NCBI GenBank assembly: GCA_027858615.1
Contig: JAQICJ010000292.1
Span: forward strand, 623 to 64,622
Source of the DNA: Deltaproteobacteria bacterium
Lineage (GTDB): Bacteria; Myxococcota_A; Polyangia; HGW-17
Reading direction: 5' to 3'
DNA length: 64,000 nt
Part shown: one piece after another, positions 9,091-20,155 of the stretch
How the letters are laid out: every line of letters starts with the position of its first letter
How positions within the stretch are numbered: position 1 is the stretch's first letter
Program-made: the position numbers and the translations under genes
Notes under the pieces: generated by a model
The model's input: only the letters and a program-made list of their open reading frames with translations
Told to the model about the DNA's origin: nothing
Databases searched by the model: none

Positions 9091-9480
9091 TTTGAATTAA
9101 TTATGTTAGCCTTTCTCAATGCAAATAAATATGTAAACATGGAATTAACCGAGGATAACCCGCCTAATAATTAGCAAGTTTAATAAAATTTAGCAAGATC
9201 GACTATTTTTTCTTGAAATATCTCCAACTTCTTTTTATATTTCATCCACCAGATATTTTTTTGTTTTTTTCTTGTTTGTTTTCAAATCCCCTTAACAAGG
9301 GTTTTACAAATAGTTTATTTGGTTAGTTTTGCTTATTATTACAATCAGTTGTAAATATTTTTATTTTTAAATTTGTTTTTTGACGATCATTGTTTACCAT
9401 GATCTTCTAAATTAGATGTTCAAGAATTTTCTGGGAAAAAAAGATCTTTTCATATAAAACCGGCTATTAAGGAGTCCAAT

Positions 9481-11211
9481 ATGCTGTCAACCTTTAAAAG
9501 AGTAGTCATGTTTCTGACAATTGCTTCCTTCAGTTTTTCGGGGGCAGTTTTTGCTCAGAAAAAGAAAGATGAGCTTACTTTTGAAGCTGAAGACGTAACA
9601 AAAATCAAGAAATCCAAAAAAATGGAAAGGGCGGAACGGTTTTACAAAAAGGCTCTTTCTCCCACCAGTACAAATCCTCTGGTTTATTTTCAGAGTGCCA
9701 CCATCTATTTCAAACAGGTAGTGGCCAAGGACAATCCCGATGACAGTCCTGAAATCAAGCAGAAAGCACAGTTTTACATGGGGAAGTGCCTTTATCACAT
9801 GGGTTATCATTCAGCTTCCAAAAACTATTTCGAAAAAGTAGTTAATCAGGGTGAATCCCATCCATTTTACAAACTTACTTTGAAATGGCTGGTTTCTTTG
9901 CAGAAAAAAATGCCCGAATCTGCTGGCATTTTGCCTTTGATTGGTAAATACAAAACAGAATATCTTGAATCAAGAGCTCTGCGTCCATTCAAATCCCAAC
10001 TTCTCTATTATCTTGGAAAATTCAACTATAATCAGGGTGAATTGAAAAAGGCTCTTCCCTTTTTCAGGCAGATTCCTTCAGGTTCTATCTACTTCATGAA
10101 GGGCAAAATCTTTCAGGGAATCACTTTGGTAAGATTCGGTCGACCGGTAAAAGCAATCAAGTCTTTTAACGCCATCATTAAATTTGCCAAGAAAAATCCA
10201 AATTTCAAAAATATTCTGGAATATGTTGAGTTGGCCAACCTTTCTCTGGCACGTGTTTATTATCAGGCTGGACGTGTTGCAGTTGGACGTTTTGGTCAAA
10301 CCAAAAAGAAAAAGTTTGCCAAATTGGCCGAAAAATATCTCAGACTTTCCATTACTTTTTATGAAAAAGTTCAAACCAAAAGTTTCAATTGGCCCCAGAC
10401 CCTGTTTGAAGAATCATGGGCCTATTTCATTCTTGATGCCATGTTGAGACCTGTTTTCAAAAAGGACTACGGCGGATATCAGAAAGCCCTCGGTAATATT
10501 CATACTCTGAATGCTCCTTTCTTTGAAAATTTTTTCTTCCCGGAATCATTGATTTTGCGCGGAGTTATCTACTTCAATAATTGTCGTGTAAAAAGAGCTC
10601 AGGAATCCCTTGATGAATTCGGCAACAAGTATCCTCCCCTGCAAAAAGGCGTAAGATCAGTAGCTGACAAATACAGAGATGGTGAAGACGAAGATAACGA
10701 CTCCTATTATAATTATGTTCTTAAAATTAAAAACGAAAAGGCCGGATTGTCTCCAGAGCTTTCAAGACTTGTCAAATCAGCCCTGAACGACAGAACCTTT
10801 GAAAGAAAACTCGAGTTCATCACCGAGTTGAAACGCGAAATCAAACAACTTAAAGCTTCTGATAAATCTTGGCAAACATCTGATATTGCCCGTGAAATCA
10901 GAGAAGGTCTTGAGTTCCAGAAATCAATGGCTCAGGCTCAGGCGGGTAAAGCCGGTAGAATGCGTATCAGAAGACTAGATGATTACCTTACCAAAATGGT
11001 TTTGCAGTTTGGTGACGTTAAAATCGAAATCGACAACTTGAGACTTAAAAAAGTTTCATCCAAAGCACTCAACAAATCCCCCAAAGTAAAAGTAAGGGGA
11101 GTTACTGTTGACGACGAACACGTTATCTGGCCTTTCACAGGTGCCTACTGGAAAGATGAATTAGGTTATTATCGTTTCGTAGTTCGTTCCAGTTGTGGAA
11201 CAGGTAAATAA
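9481..11211 (+). CDS. Secreted TPR-like helical-repeat protein of unknown function, lysine-rich and basic.
   Basis: N-terminal signal peptide MLSTFKRVVMFLTIASFSFSGAVFA. TPR-like Y/F-x-x-G pattern. First gene of a 3-gene co-directional cluster. Confidence 0.6.
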   Translation: MLSTFKRVVMFLTIASFSFSGAVFAQKKKDELTFEAEDVTKIKKSKKMERAERFYKKALSPTSTNPLVYFQSATIYFKQVVAKDNPDDSPEIKQKAQFYMGKCLYHMGYHSASKNYFEKVVNQGESHPFYKLTLKWLVSLQKKMPESAGILPLIGKYKTEYLESRALRPFKSQLLYYLGKFNYNQGELKKALPFFRQIPSGSIYFMKGKIFQGITLVRFGRPVKAIKSFNAIIKFAKKNPNFKNILEYVELANLSLARVYYQAGRVAVGRFGQTKKKKFAKLAEKYLRLSITFYEKVQTKSFNWPQTLFEESWAYFILDAMLRPVFKKDYGGYQKALGNIHTLNAPFFENFFFPESLILRGVIYFNNCRVKRAQESLDEFGNKYPPLQKGVRSVADKYRDGEDEDNDSYYNYVLKIKNEKAGLSPELSRLVKSALNDRTFERKLEFITELKREIKQLKASDKSWQTSDIAREIREGLEFQKSMAQAQAGKAGRMRIRRLDDYLTKMVLQFGDVKIEIDNLRLKKVSSKALNKSPKVKVRGVTVDDEHVIWPFTGAYWKDELGYYRFVVRSSCGTGK

Positions 11212-11436
11212 ATTCAGTATTGTTCATGTATTTTTCAACTGTTAGCAGTTGAATGGTTTCCATCTCATAAATGGGTTATTGATTAAGCTTGAAGTTGAAT
11301 TGACTCGCGCTGGGTAATTTTGCAGACAGGGTAAATTCTATTTGCACAATTAATACAACCCGAATAAATTCAGAGCCTTCAACTAACCTTTGGGCAGGAA
11401 CCAATTAATTTAATTCCCGATAAATAACGAGGAAAT

Positions 11437-14400
11437 ATGATGTTTAGAAAAAGTTTAATCGCCTCTATTGCTATGGGCTTGATGTTTTCAAGTATGGTAA
11501 TGGCCCAGGAAAAAAGAGATATTGATTATAAGGCTGACAAAAGTCTTAATGTCTCCAAAAAAGAACTTATAGCCAAAGCCAAGAAAAAACGTGAGAAGGC
11601 AAAAAGTTCAATCAAATATGAAGATTTCATCCAAAGAGCCAAAAAGGTTCAAAATCTCAAACTGCCGATTTTGAAAAGTATTATCCTCAAGAGTAAAAGA
11701 CAGATTCAACTGCTTAGAAAAACAGACAAGCGCAGAGTTGAATATCTGTTCAGAATGGCTGATGCCTTTGTTCAACTTGAGCAGATTTACAAGTTCAAGT
11801 ATGGTGAAGCAACTGAAAAACTTACTACAGCAAAAGGAACAAAACGCAGACTTTGGGTAAGGCGCAAAGCTTTGTACCTGAAAAGGAAAAAACAATATCT
11901 GGTTACCGCACTTAAACTTTTGAACCGTATTTCTACCAATGAGGCCTATTCTGACTGGCACCGCATGGACGAAGTTCTTTTCAAGCTTGGTGATATTGCT
12001 CGTGAACTCGGATATCAAGATATTATGAAGCAAAAGTTCCAGGACTTGCTCAGTCAACATCCCAAATCCAAGTTTGTTCCCAATGTTTACCTTGCTTTTG
12101 CTGAATTTTATTTCAAGCAAGGACGTAAAGGCCTCAGTAAGGCGACTGCTTTTTATAAAAAAGTTGTTGCTTCCCGTGCCAAAGGAACAGGCATTTACTA
12201 CTATGCAAGAAGGATGCTCGGCTGGTGTTATTTCAACCTCCAGCGTTTCCCCCTTGCCCTTTCCAATTTCCTCTTTGTTGCCAAAAAAGCCAAAAGAGAC
12301 AGTCTTCGTGCTCAGGCTCGCAACGAAGTTGTCATGACATATTCTTACCAGGGTAACAGAAAGCAAGCCTACGACTTCTTCAAACACCAACTGGGCGCCA
12401 AATACGTACGGGATTTGTACATTAAATTGGCTCAGGAATATTTTGCCCAGGGTAATATGATCAACATGATCTGGGTATATCAAGACATGATTCGCAGATT
12501 CCCCCGTGATGTAAATCGTTGTGATTGGCATCGCCAGGTATATCTCGGATACAAACTTGATCAACGCGTAGAAGAGATGACCGAAGCTCTCAATAATCTT
12601 GTTGACACCATGGGCGATATGAAAAAACAATTTGGTGAAAAGAAAATGCAATACAAAGTTTGTCGTGACTTTGCCAAATCCGCCCTTTTTGATCAGGCCA
12701 AGCGCTGGTTTGCCAAAGTTGAAAAAGGCAAGGCCAAGACTGAAGATGAACAGAAAAAACTCATGATCAGTGCAGCCAAATTGTATCAGCGTTTCCTCGA
12801 ATATTTTCCTAAATCAGAAGATGTTTGGGAAATGAGAGGCGACTATGCTTATCTATTGTATAAACTTGCCGAAATGTATGAACAAGAAACCAACGGCCGC
12901 AACCAGGATGCAGTTAGAGCCCGTTACAAAGCTGGTTGTCAGGAATATACAAAACTACTCAAATGGGACAAAAAACCATCTAAATTGACCCAAGTCCAAT
13001 TCAAAAAGCAAAGACGACAGGTAGGTAATGACACCGTAGCCTGTTGGATGAAAGTACTGGCGGTTGACTTTAAAAAAGAAGAAAGTGGTCGCAGCCAAAA
13101 GGCAGAGGATTACAAAAAACGCCGTAATTGTCTGAAAGCCAAAAAGAAAATGGAAGATATGGGACGCAAATTCAGAAGAAGATGCCCCGAATTCAAGAAA
13201 AATCTTCCCATATCTGAAAACTTGAAAAAGGTTATTGAAGTCTTTGAACTTTATGTAAAATATGTTGATGGCGGCAAATATCTTTCCACCATCAAATATA
13301 ACAGGGCGATGATCTTCTATATGTATCGTCATTTCAAAGAAGCAATTCCCTTGTTTAAGGATGCGATTTTTACTACTTACGAAAATAATCCCGAAATGGC
13401 CTATCGAGCTGTCAACTTTTTAATGATAGCCTATGATGCCGAAGACAGATTTGGTGAAATGGTTGATACCATCTCTGAATTGTTGAAACCAAAATACAAC
13501 AAAATGTTCACTGTCAATGCCGAAGCTCGCAAGCTCCGCAAAGAACTGGTTAAAGCCAAATTGGAAAATCTGGAACTTCAGGTATCCAGGCTTGGTTCTG
13601 AAGGCAGATTCCAGGATGCAGGCGATCTGCTCATGAAGATGGCTAGCGAATACAAAGAATCTTCCACCACTGAAAAAGTTATCAAATACTACAACAGTGC
13701 TTACATCGCATATGAAAAGGCCGGACAGGTAGGACAGGCTATTCGTTCCCTCAAGGTAATGCAGCACTTTTTCGGTAGTGAAAAGAAAAACAAGATGATC
13801 ATTGATTCCAATCTTAAAATTGGTCGTCTTTTCGAAAAAATCGCCATGTTTGGTAATGCAGCAAAATCTTACGAAGATTTCTTTAAGCAATATCCCCGTG
13901 ATCCAGATGCTGTAAAAGCTGCCAGACGTTCAGTAAAATTATACTGGTGGTCAGGAGATGTCAGAAAAGCCGAGAAAAAAGCCAGAGAATTTGTCACCAA
14001 GCTCAATCGCATGGGTGCCAGAAAATTCAGAGGCGACATGGCTTCACTCTTTTTTATGCTCCATAAATTCTATCTTGGTAAAAATCAAAGCAGAGTTACC
14101 AAATATCTGCAATTTTTCATCAAGAACATGGCCAAAACACGTACAAATGATCTAATCATTCGTGCTTATTCAAAATTGGGCAAAATTTACTGGGACAGTT
14201 CCTGTCCGGTGGAAACAAAATATGGCGTTTGCATGAAGATAGTTTACGTCACGAAACGATCCAAAACTGACACCTGGAAGGAAGCAAAAACAAAATTTGT
14301 TCCCAGAAAAAGAAAAGTACTGCGTTTAGCCAAAAGTTACTTTAAAAAAGCTGTTAAATATTACAATGCTTGGCGTAGAAGGAAAAAGACTCTGGGATCA

Positions 14401-15021
14401 ACCGGTAAATTTGATAGCACTCAGCGTGTCAAAGAAGCATTGAATGCAGCTGCCATGGCCAAATTCCATCTCGCTGAAATTGAATATGAAGATATTATCA
14501 GTGCTGAAATTCCAATGATCAGTGCCAAAAAATTGCAAAAATCTATGTCTCAGGTTCAAAAATGGATGAAAAAGCAGACCAAACTCATGTTGAAAGCCAA
14601 AAAATTATATGAGCAGGTTGGTAACATCAAGCTGGGTAAAAGAGGCAGATCTAAATATAATGATTGGTATGTACCTGCAGCAGGCCGTTTTGGTGCCATC
14701 TTCAGGAATTTCCATACAAAGGTAAATAACATAAAATTTGGTAAGGCTTTCGATAAAAACATTACTGCCAAGCTCAAAATGAGAGATGTTTTTGCTGAAG
14801 CTACCGAAAAATTCGAAAAATTTGCCAAAAATGGTTTTATTGCATGTGTTAAAGCTGCTCAAAGAACCGGTCGCTATGATGAATGGCAGGAATTTTGTGA
14901 AAAGGAACTGGCAGAAATAAGAAATTCAGTCAGTCCTCTTGCCGATGAAGTCTGGTCAGAACCAAAATACACTAATTTGAAACCAGGAAAAGCAACTATT
15001 ATGACAGTTCCTGTCAGATAG
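11437..15021 (+). CDS. Large (1194 aa) secreted lysine-rich TPR-like protein of unknown function.
   Basis: Signal peptide MMFRKSLIASIAMGLMFSSMVMA. Abundant KK/KR runs and helical repeat texture. 226-bp gap from the previous gene and 17-bp gap to the next. Confidence 0.6.
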   Translation: MMFRKSLIASIAMGLMFSSMVMAQEKRDIDYKADKSLNVSKKELIAKAKKKREKAKSSIKYEDFIQRAKKVQNLKLPILKSIILKSKRQIQLLRKTDKRRVEYLFRMADAFVQLEQIYKFKYGEATEKLTTAKGTKRRLWVRRKALYLKRKKQYLVTALKLLNRISTNEAYSDWHRMDEVLFKLGDIARELGYQDIMKQKFQDLLSQHPKSKFVPNVYLAFAEFYFKQGRKGLSKATAFYKKVVASRAKGTGIYYYARRMLGWCYFNLQRFPLALSNFLFVAKKAKRDSLRAQARNEVVMTYSYQGNRKQAYDFFKHQLGAKYVRDLYIKLAQEYFAQGNMINMIWVYQDMIRRFPRDVNRCDWHRQVYLGYKLDQRVEEMTEALNNLVDTMGDMKKQFGEKKMQYKVCRDFAKSALFDQAKRWFAKVEKGKAKTEDEQKKLMISAAKLYQRFLEYFPKSEDVWEMRGDYAYLLYKLAEMYEQETNGRNQDAVRARYKAGCQEYTKLLKWDKKPSKLTQVQFKKQRRQVGNDTVACWMKVLAVDFKKEESGRSQKAEDYKKRRNCLKAKKKMEDMGRKFRRRCPEFKKNLPISENLKKVIEVFELYVKYVDGGKYLSTIKYNRAMIFYMYRHFKEAIPLFKDAIFTTYENNPEMAYRAVNFLMIAYDAEDRFGEMVDTISELLKPKYNKMFTVNAEARKLRKELVKAKLENLELQVSRLGSEGRFQDAGDLLMKMASEYKESSTTEKVIKYYNSAYIAYEKAGQVGQAIRSLKVMQHFFGSEKKNKMIIDSNLKIGRLFEKIAMFGNAAKSYEDFFKQYPRDPDAVKAARRSVKLYWWSGDVRKAEKKAREFVTKLNRMGARKFRGDMASLFFMLHKFYLGKNQSRVTKYLQFFIKNMAKTRTNDLIIRAYSKLGKIYWDSSCPVETKYGVCMKIVYVTKRSKTDTWKEAKTKFVPRKRKVLRLAKSYFKKAVKYYNAWRRRKKTLGSTGKFDSTQRVKEALNAAAMAKFHLAEIEYEDIISAEIPMISAKKLQKSMSQVQKWMKKQTKLMLKAKKLYEQVGNIKLGKRGRSKYNDWYVPAAGRFGAIFRNFHTKVNNIKFGKAFDKNITAKLKMRDVFAEATEKFEKFAKNGFIACVKAAQRTGRYDEWQEFCEKELAEIRNSVSPLADEVWSEPKYTNLKPGKATIMTVPVR

Positions 15022-15037
15022 AAAATCCGGAGGAAAA

Positions 15038-16849
15038 ATGAAAAGGTCTCTATTTTATAAAATATTTTTAATGATTTTCATATTTGCATCATGCAACGGT
15101 AAAGATGACGATACAACCGCGAACGGAAAGAATGGAAACGGCAAAACTACTTATGGTGGTGATCCTACCAAATTTGGCAATGTAGGAACAGGCAAAGATG
15201 CCAAGGGTCAAATCAGAAAAAGCCAAAAAGTTTCCAAATCAGTAGTCAGGAAATTCAAAGTTGTTCTCGATCAGTATTTCAAATTGGGACAAGATGGATA
15301 TCCTAAAGACGAATGTAAAAAGGTTGCCGAAAAATTTCTCAAACTCAGAGATGAAAAGGGTGGAGAAAAAATAGTCAGTTTTCTTTATAATGCCGGAGTA
15401 ACTTATTATCGTTGTGGCATGAAAGAAAAAGCAAAAGATATTTTCAAGCAGGTGCTTGCAAAAGACGAAACTTTCCCTCCCGCAAAAATAGCTATTCTGT
15501 TGATGGGTAAAGTTGACAACATCAAAGACCTGGTTAAGCATGAAAAAGAAATAATGAGGGATAATTATGCTCTACAGGATCCTGATGTAAATTACAATTT
15601 TGCCCTGGCTTATTATAAACTTTACGAAGCTACTTCCAAGAAAAAATATTTCAAACCTTTGTTGGAATATTTGCGTCGCTCCCTTGCTAATATCGGTAAA
15701 ATTAAAAATGATACCCTTGAAGCTGTACGCATCAGAATGAGCGTCTATGCTCTTGCTATTCAATTTTATCTTCGAGCCGATAAAAATCGCCATGCAGATA
15801 AAGATCTTGCCCGAATTTTTATTTCTTCGGCCAGAGATTATATCAGACAATGCACAGGAAGATCAGCCATCAAAGATCAGGAAGCAAGGCAAGCACTGGC
15901 AAAATATCATAATGCCAGAGGATTGTTTGAACTCTACAATAACGAAATTGGCAATGCCTTCCGTGAATTCAAAAAAGCAAAAGATTGTGTTAATGAAGAT
16001 TATTCAGCTAATTTAAACATAGGAATGCTTGGTATCAAATTTCGCCAGCCTGATCTTGCTATTAACAGTCTCGAACTTATCCTTAAAAAATTCCCCAATA
16101 GTGAGAGCAAATATGAAACTAATCTTGCCTTGGGTGTTGCCTACAAAGTTTATGGAATGGAATTGCAGGATATGGCAGACCATCAATTTGAGAACAAAGA
16201 AAAATTGGAGAATAAACTCAAAGCTTTGCAGGTTTATTACAAAGAATATAAAAAAGGTGTAAAAGTTCTCAAAAAAGCACTTTCAGGCAAGGTAAATATC
16301 AGAAAAATGCTGCGTTACGTGCAGCCTTATCTGGAAGAAGTTTTCAAAAAACCTTATCCCTACAAGGTTATTCTAAAAAAATTGAACAAAGGTGATCTCA
16401 CTATCAAGCAACTCAAAAAGGTAATTGGCAAAGCTGAGTCAATTCTTGAAAACAGTGCCAACAATCTGATACCTGAAAGAATTAAAGATATCGAAAAAAA
16501 TCTTACTTTGCTCAAAGATGCAAACAGTCTGCGTAACAAGGCAAAAGATTATTTCAATAAAGGTATCAGCACCTATGAAAAGGTCATGGCTCAAAACAAA
16601 AATGATTACCGAGCTAAATTCAATCTGGCAATTTTACTTTATAAAACAGGTGGTCTGGTTGGAGATATGAAGACAAATTTTGCAAGAGCAAGAAAATTGT
16701 TCATCGAAATAAATAAAAATCGTAAAGTTCCAAAAGATCTTAGAAAAATATCTCGTAAGAATTTCTCAGATATAAAATCAGCTTTGGTAAATCTTGAAAA
16801 AATAGAAGAAGAAAAGAAAAATCCTCCCAAAGCCAAAGGTAAAAAATAG
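15038..16849 (+). CDS. TPR-like lipoprotein, third gene of the secreted basic cluster.
   Basis: Lipobox ...IFIFASC followed by NGKDDD. TPR-like repeats such as AKIAILLMGKVDN and YNFALAYYKLYEA. Starts 17 bp after the previous stop, with GGAGG upstream. Confidence 0.6.
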   Translation: MKRSLFYKIFLMIFIFASCNGKDDDTTANGKNGNGKTTYGGDPTKFGNVGTGKDAKGQIRKSQKVSKSVVRKFKVVLDQYFKLGQDGYPKDECKKVAEKFLKLRDEKGGEKIVSFLYNAGVTYYRCGMKEKAKDIFKQVLAKDETFPPAKIAILLMGKVDNIKDLVKHEKEIMRDNYALQDPDVNYNFALAYYKLYEATSKKKYFKPLLEYLRRSLANIGKIKNDTLEAVRIRMSVYALAIQFYLRADKNRHADKDLARIFISSARDYIRQCTGRSAIKDQEARQALAKYHNARGLFELYNNEIGNAFREFKKAKDCVNEDYSANLNIGMLGIKFRQPDLAINSLELILKKFPNSESKYETNLALGVAYKVYGMELQDMADHQFENKEKLENKLKALQVYYKEYKKGVKVLKKALSGKVNIRKMLRYVQPYLEEVFKKPYPYKVILKKLNKGDLTIKQLKKVIGKAESILENSANNLIPERIKDIEKNLTLLKDANSLRNKAKDYFNKGISTYEKVMAQNKNDYRAKFNLAILLYKTGGLVGDMKTNFARARKLFIEINKNRKVPKDLRKISRKNFSDIKSALVNLEKIEEEKKNPPKAKGKK

Positions 16850-16974
16850 CCTGGACTTTTTTAATTTAGGTTACAATTTCAAAATTTAGTCAGGGGAATA
16901 GTCAAAGAATAATAATTGCTTAAAGAACTACAAGTTTACCGATTTGGCAGAAGGGTGATGAATTTTAAAGGGGT

Positions 16975-18231
16975 TCAGGAGGATTTATGTTTTTTGATAA
17001 GTCGAATAATGCATGAAGACATATTTTCGGCTATTTGTTGAAGACGGAAAACTTCGTCTTCAATGATGGATTCATCATCAACAATATAGACCACAACAAT
17101 AACCGGCCTGTCCTTGATGAATACAGTTGTTCCCAGAATAAAATCTGCCGGATCGCCTCCGAAAAGCATCATCAGTCTTTTATTAACCGGATTGGAAGAA
17201 GGTTTGCCGAAAAATGTCTTTTCCTGAAGAATGGTATTGATTAAGTGATCCCCTTCCTGGGGAATAATAATGCCTTCTATTCGTTGAGGAAGAAGCCCCA
17301 GACCGGTTCCTTCCCAGCCCATGAGGTAATCATCGATACAGGTAAGCAGGGAGCAGGTACGCATGGCACGAGAGCCGAACCGGTAGAAGACATTCGGAAG
17401 ATCATTTCTGGTCTGGACCATGCTGAGAATGGAGGAAATTTCATCGAGTTCAATATTTTGATAGGAGTCAAGTGAATGTGATTTCAGAGAAGAAAAACCG
17501 CTTTCATGCTCATCAAAATTTTTGGTATCTGCAAAATCACTCATGCCTTCGGTTTGAACCGGGATAATTTCACGATCGGCATTATTGATGATGGAATAGG
17601 TGAAATTTAGCAGTGGCAGTTTGGAAATCAATTCAGATTTCGCAAACTTGGGATCGTTAACAGGGCCGGTAAACGGATCAAACATTTCCAGTTCGGGTAT
17701 GAAATTGGCAGCTGGTTCCAGAGTATTTTCCGGCGAAATAAAATGAATTTTTTGCTGAGCAAGTTTTAAAATACGAGGATCAATTGTCTGATCATAAAAA
17801 AGATGAAGCAAATATTTGAAACGTATAAGGCAGATGACTTCTGGAATGCAATACTTGCCGATCTTTTCCCGGAGCAGTTCCAGGGAGGAATTGTCGGTTT
17901 CAGGTAAAATAAGCACATTACATGAATTGCCATCGATTTGTTGTGGAATTAGCTTGTGCTCAAGAGCAAAATCACCATCTATCAAAGCAGTTGCTTGAGT
18001 AGAAGGCTTGATGAAAGGGTTGACCAGACTTTCAAAACCGGAAAGATCCTGCAGATATAATTGAAGAGTGTTTTCAGAAATAAGATCAAGAGAAAGAAGA
18101 AAATATTCAACACTGTATTTGGAATTCCGATAAAGATTATAAATTGTGGATACCTGGGTAGGTAGTAAAATTCCATCTTGGGTGAGATTTTGGATAAGAG
18201 GAGGATATTTATCAGGTATTACGTTTTTCAT
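16975..18231 (-). CDS. Hypothetical protein; the N-terminal ~100 aa resemble a GspE/MshE-type N-terminal (T2SSE_N-like) domain.
   Basis: Weak resemblance of ...SVEYFLLSLDLISENTLQLYLQDLSGFESLVNP to T2SSE_N domains. No ATPase motifs. Confidence 0.35.
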   Translation of the reverse strand: MKNVIPDKYPPLIQNLTQDGILLPTQVSTIYNLYRNSKYSVEYFLLSLDLISENTLQLYLQDLSGFESLVNPFIKPSTQATALIDGDFALEHKLIPQQIDGNSCNVLILPETDNSSLELLREKIGKYCIPEVICLIRFKYLLHLFYDQTIDPRILKLAQQKIHFISPENTLEPAANFIPELEMFDPFTGPVNDPKFAKSELISKLPLLNFTYSIINNADREIIPVQTEGMSDFADTKNFDEHESGFSSLKSHSLDSYQNIELDEISSILSMVQTRNDLPNVFYRFGSRAMRTCSLLTCIDDYLMGWEGTGLGLLPQRIEGIIIPQEGDHLINTILQEKTFFGKPSSNPVNKRLMMLFGGDPADFILGTTVFIKDRPVIVVVYIVDDESIIEDEVFRLQQIAENMSSCIIRLIKKHKSS

Positions 18232-18242
18232 GCTGAATATTC

Positions 18243-19517
18243 CTAATTGCGGGGATCACTCAAAGGAAGAAGATCCTTTTTTTGTTGGAGCAGTATTCTT
18301 CTGACTTCTCCTGCCAGATAAAAGCTTCCACAGACAATTGTAATTGTATCAGATTTTAAATTATTGAGAAGGGTTTGGAGATCGTTGTTGAATAATTTGG
18401 TGTGTGCACCCCATCCATCCAGATAATCTTTCAATATATTTTCGGGAACAGCATTGGAATTATTAAAGTTAGTCAGGTAAAAAGTCTTGGCAAGAGGAAG
18501 CAAAGGCTGGTAAAAATTTTGATAATCTTTATCTGACATCATTCCGGTAATAATATTAACAGGGGGAGAACAACTATTTTTGATATTAAAAGCAAGTTCT
18601 TGTGCAGCTTGGGGATTGTGAGCTCCATCAAGAATGAAATTTTCGATTATTTCGAAACGACCGGGCCAATTATAATTGGAAAAAGCTGTTTTAATTATTG
18701 GTGAATTTAGTGGTTTTTGCAGAATAATTCTGGCAGCGGCAAGGGCTGATTCGACCAGATAAAATTTGTTACCACCGGAAAATGGCAATGTTTGCAGGAA
18801 CAAGGGCGGATCATTTTTGTACTTAAATTGGTATATTTGATCAAGTTTGCACAGGTAATAATCCTCACCGGCAACAACAGGAAGGCCGCCTCTGGCTGTG
18901 CTGTATTTCAGCAGTTGCTTGCGAATCATTGGGACAGTTCTGGGGATGAGTACCGGTACCCCGGGTTTGACTATTCCTGATTTTTCCCAGGTGATTCTAC
19001 TGGTTGAGGCAGTAAGAAAGGCCTGGTGATCGGTGGAGACACTTGTAATAATAGCCAGAACCGAGTTGCACAGATTGGTGGAATCAAGACGACCACCAAG
19101 CCCGGCTTCGAAAATTGCCAGGTCTATCTTCTGATTGTTAAAATACTGATGCGCTAGAGCAGTTGTGGTTTCAAAAAAGGAAAGATGAGTATCAAGGTTG
19201 GCCAGTTTGTTTAAGAGATGCAAAATCTGGGTGTCTTTAATATTGTGTCCGTTGACTTTAATTCTTTCGCGATAATTGGTGAGATGGGGAGATGTGAACA
19301 GTCCGGTTTTGTAACCATGATGGCGCAGAATTGACTCGAGCAGGGCAGCGGTTGTGCCTTTACCGTTGGTGCCGGCAATTTGTACTGCAGGATAGGAAAG
19401 GTGGGGGTTGCCAAGTTCATCAAGCCCCAGGCTCATTTGTACCAGATCGTATTTAATTCCAGCTTTGCGAAGGTTGTAAAGATGATTCAACCCCTCGGAG
19501 AGATTGTGGAATCTCAT
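18243..19517 (-). CDS. folC: Bifunctional folylpolyglutamate synthase / dihydrofolate synthase (Mur-ligase family).
   Basis: P-loop AVQIAGTNGKGTTAALLESIL and ...TSPHLTNYRERIKVNG. Length 424 aa. Confidence 0.85.
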   Translation of the reverse strand: MRFHNLSEGLNHLYNLRKAGIKYDLVQMSLGLDELGNPHLSYPAVQIAGTNGKGTTAALLESILRHHGYKTGLFTSPHLTNYRERIKVNGHNIKDTQILHLLNKLANLDTHLSFFETTTALAHQYFNNQKIDLAIFEAGLGGRLDSTNLCNSVLAIITSVSTDHQAFLTASTSRITWEKSGIVKPGVPVLIPRTVPMIRKQLLKYSTARGGLPVVAGEDYYLCKLDQIYQFKYKNDPPLFLQTLPFSGGNKFYLVESALAAARIILQKPLNSPIIKTAFSNYNWPGRFEIIENFILDGAHNPQAAQELAFNIKNSCSPPVNIITGMMSDKDYQNFYQPLLPLAKTFYLTNFNNSNAVPENILKDYLDGWGAHTKLFNNDLQTLLNNLKSDTITIVCGSFYLAGEVRRILLQQKKDLLPLSDPRN

Positions 19518-19519
19518 GG

Positions 19520-20155
19520 TTAGAATTTTTCTTTCATGTCCAGAAATTCGAGAAATTCGAGATATCGACCTTCTTCAGCTATGAGAAAACCTTCTTGTTT
19601 GGGTAAAACAAGCTTGGCTTCAGTGAGTTTGTCAATGATAGAAGCAACTTTGCCTAGGGGAAAACCGACAAAAGCAGATAATTGTTTCAAGTTTACGGGA
19701 ACCATAATCCCACTGGGTTTTTTGATACCTTCTTCTATGGAAAGATAATTTAGAGCTTTGACAACCCGGTGGGTTTTGTCTTCGAGGAGCAGCGTTTCAA
19801 TTTGAATATTGGAGCGATAAAGCCGCTTGGCCAGACTTTGCATTACCCGAATGGCAATATTGCTTTCATTTTTGATCATTGAGTTGAAGGTTTGCTGATC
19901 AAAAACCATGATTTTGGATGGTTCAATAACTGTAGCGGTAGCTGAACGGGATCGATTAAGAAGCAGGGACATTTCACCGAAAAAACTCCCCTTGGGAATA
20001 TCTGCCAGGATAAAGTTTTTATTGGCAATTTTTCGGGAAATTTGTACGACCCCTTCTCTGATAACGAAAAGTTCTTTGCCGTTGCTTCCTTCTTCAAAAA
20101 GGATAGTGCCTGCCGGAAATTCTCTCAGATATAGATTTTGAATATTCTTTTCCAT
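19520..20155 (-). CDS. Crp/Fnr-family cyclic-nucleotide-binding transcriptional regulator.
   Basis: cNMP-binding beta-roll (FPAGTILFEEGSNGKELFVIREGVVQISRK ... FFGEMSLLLNRSRSATATVIE) followed by a C-terminal HTH-like segment. Confidence 0.75.
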   Translation of the reverse strand: MEKNIQNLYLREFPAGTILFEEGSNGKELFVIREGVVQISRKIANKNFILADIPKGSFFGEMSLLLNRSRSATATVIEPSKIMVFDQQTFNSMIKNESNIAIRVMQSLAKRLYRSNIQIETLLLEDKTHRVVKALNYLSIEEGIKKPSGIMVPVNLKQLSAFVGFPLGKVASIIDKLTEAKLVLPKQEGFLIAEEGRYLEFLEFLDMKEKF

